The position numbers were made by a program, and so were the translations under genes. Below are positions 63,001-64,000 of a stretch of DNA of 64,000 bases, one piece after another (the first letter of the stretch is position 1; each line of letters opens with the position of its first letter). Source of the stretch: Leptogorgia sarmentosa (lineage: Eukaryota); contig OZ210885.1 of the NCBI GenBank assembly GCA_964658305.1, positions 3,162,001 to 3,226,000 on the forward strand, read 5' to 3'. The notes below the pieces were generated by a model that searched no databases, had not been told where the DNA came from, and saw only the letters and a program-made list of their open reading frames with translations.

Positions 63001-64000
63001 ATCGAGACACGGCAAATTGAAAGAAACTTTTCGTATTTTTTCGACTTTTTCACATGTTTTGTTGCCTGAAAACGTTGTACATATTTAGTAATACTATCCT
63101 AGAAGTAGGGGCTGCTATTTTTTAGCGAAGTTTGTTGGCGAGACGTTGATTTTTTCGCCTTGTTTTAGGCGGTAGCGAGCCATCATATTATTGTTTACTT
63201 GCCAACCTTATAATATTATACTAATGAATACTACGTCATGCGTGCGTTGGGCTACCTATGCTAAGGTACGAAAAATCCTGGATCCGCCCCTGCAGTCAAC
63301 ACTAACTAAACATCGCATATTTAATAACACAGCATGCTGATTTAGGAAATCTGTTTGAGGATACATGTGCGCTTTGCGAACCTATTTTTAACTTTGGTTT
63401 ACATATGCCTGAACGAGATAGCAGGGAGCCAAGGAGGTTAATTAAAATCTGGCTTCGTATAAAAGGAGTGCCATCTGAAATGGGATTCGAGTAATTAAAT
63501 ACGTACGCGTATTATTAGTAGGTGGTTTTCCACCAATGTGTTCATGTTTAGCCTACGTGGCACAATGTTGATTTAACTCTTTATACTGGATCGATGTTAA
63601 TTTAACAATTTATACACCAAATTTACTCATTATGGAGAGAAAATTAAATCTTCATTCAGGAGTTAAGGTCGTTTTATTTCTCCCATCCACACTGGCACCG
63701 CCCGCTCAAATTTTTTTGGATTGCTTTGAAACTGATGATCTTTATCACGACTGAAATACCCGATTACTAAGAGACAGAGCTGTAATCACATCTGACCCAG
63801 GATTGTTGTGTTTATTTTGACAGGTGATCATACATCTGCTCCAGGATCATTTTTGTTCTCTCTGCGCAATAACGATGACCTTGCACCTTTCAAGGCTCCG
63901 CTGAAAGACCAGAATAACGGGTATGCAATTTACCGCCACAGTGGATATGGACCAACATTTTGTGGTGGTTGCGACTTGGTCATTGCCGACGATGCGAATT
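54031..64000 (+). CDS. Copy 6: PAN-cbEGF(x4)-TLDc paralog, 3' end runs off the window
   Basis: Exons 54031-54142, 56853-57076, 57240-57249, 57684-57806, 57902-58024, 58184-58306, 59742-59858, 60077-60313, and 63824 to the window edge ([51 protein letters not shown]). The frame is open to the edge. Confidence 0.82.
54693..54884. mobile_element. Same MITE at the equivalent site in intron 1 of copy 6
   Basis: Homologous to 31948-32140, with the same TIRs and flanks. Confidence 0.75.
60794..60842 (+). repeat. (CTGTTAG)7 microsatellite
   Basis: Seven perfect 7-mers read directly. Confidence 0.97.
61129..61402. mobile_element. 274-bp MITE with 8-bp TSD, nested in the Helentron-like element
   Basis: TIR CAGTGAACTCAAATAAAACTGGAACGCTAGCTG with its inverted copy ending at 61402; TSD CCCATGAA at 61121-61128 and 61403-61410. 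Confidence 0.9.
61714..63292. mobile_element. 1579-bp non-autonomous hAT-type element, nested
   Basis: Perfect 16-bp TIR CAGGGGCGGATCCAGG / CCTGGATCCGCCCCTG; TSD CAGTCAAC at 61706-61713 and 63293-63300. Confidence 0.93.
62624..63226. repeat. Long foldback palindrome (289-bp arms, 25-nt spacer)
   Basis: 62624-62912 is the near-perfect reverse complement of 62938-63226, with only a few mismatches. Confidence 0.95.

Larger units (their letters stand above)
60762..63384 (+). mobile_element. Helentron/DINE-1-like non-autonomous element carrying nested insertions, in the last intron of copy 6
   Basis: Inserted in a T-run (empty site atacTTTTTaac in copies 4 and 5; TTTTT on both sides here). 5' hairpin TATCTGCG-AA-CGCAGATA at 60763-60780, followed by a (CTGTTAG)7 microsatellite. 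This layout is typical of Helentron-derived elements; the family call is an inference. Confidence 0.65.
1..64000 (+). repeat. Tandem gene array of six paralogous units of about 10-12 kb
   Basis: Exons, introns and spacers recur in the same order; the PAN exon starts at 1398, 11713, 22516, 34067, 45155 and 56853. Confidence 0.97.

Overview
AT-rich, intron-containing animal genomic DNA; a cnidarian or other marine invertebrate is my guess from gene style and is not shown by the sequence. The window is a head-to-tail tandem array of six + strand paralogs, spaced about 10-12 kb apart. Hand-splicing at GT-AG sites gives a secreted protein of about 420-460 aa: signal peptide, PAN/apple-like domain, a 10-nt microexon (VTK), 3-4 calcium-binding EGF exons, then a C-terminal TLDc domain split over two exons, with no transmembrane segment. 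Copies 2 and 5 look intact. Copy 6 is open to the window edge, copy 1 has an in-frame stop, copy 3 has lost its exon-1 donor, and copy 4 has a hAT-type element inserted at the acceptor of its last exon. The main signal is hypervariability in the TLDc domain: copies 2 and 3 differ at 17 codons of the last exon, all non-synonymous by hand count, while their other exons are nearly identical. Variants are patchworked between copies, and a length-variable loop spans the splice junction of the two TLDc exons. This suggests a diversifying secreted recognition (possibly immune) protein family built on a normally cytosolic fold; that function is an inference. Introns and spacers carry many non-autonomous DNA transposons, including a nested stack inside a Helentron/DINE-1-like element. 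Most ORFs in the supplied track are spurious or are exon fragments.
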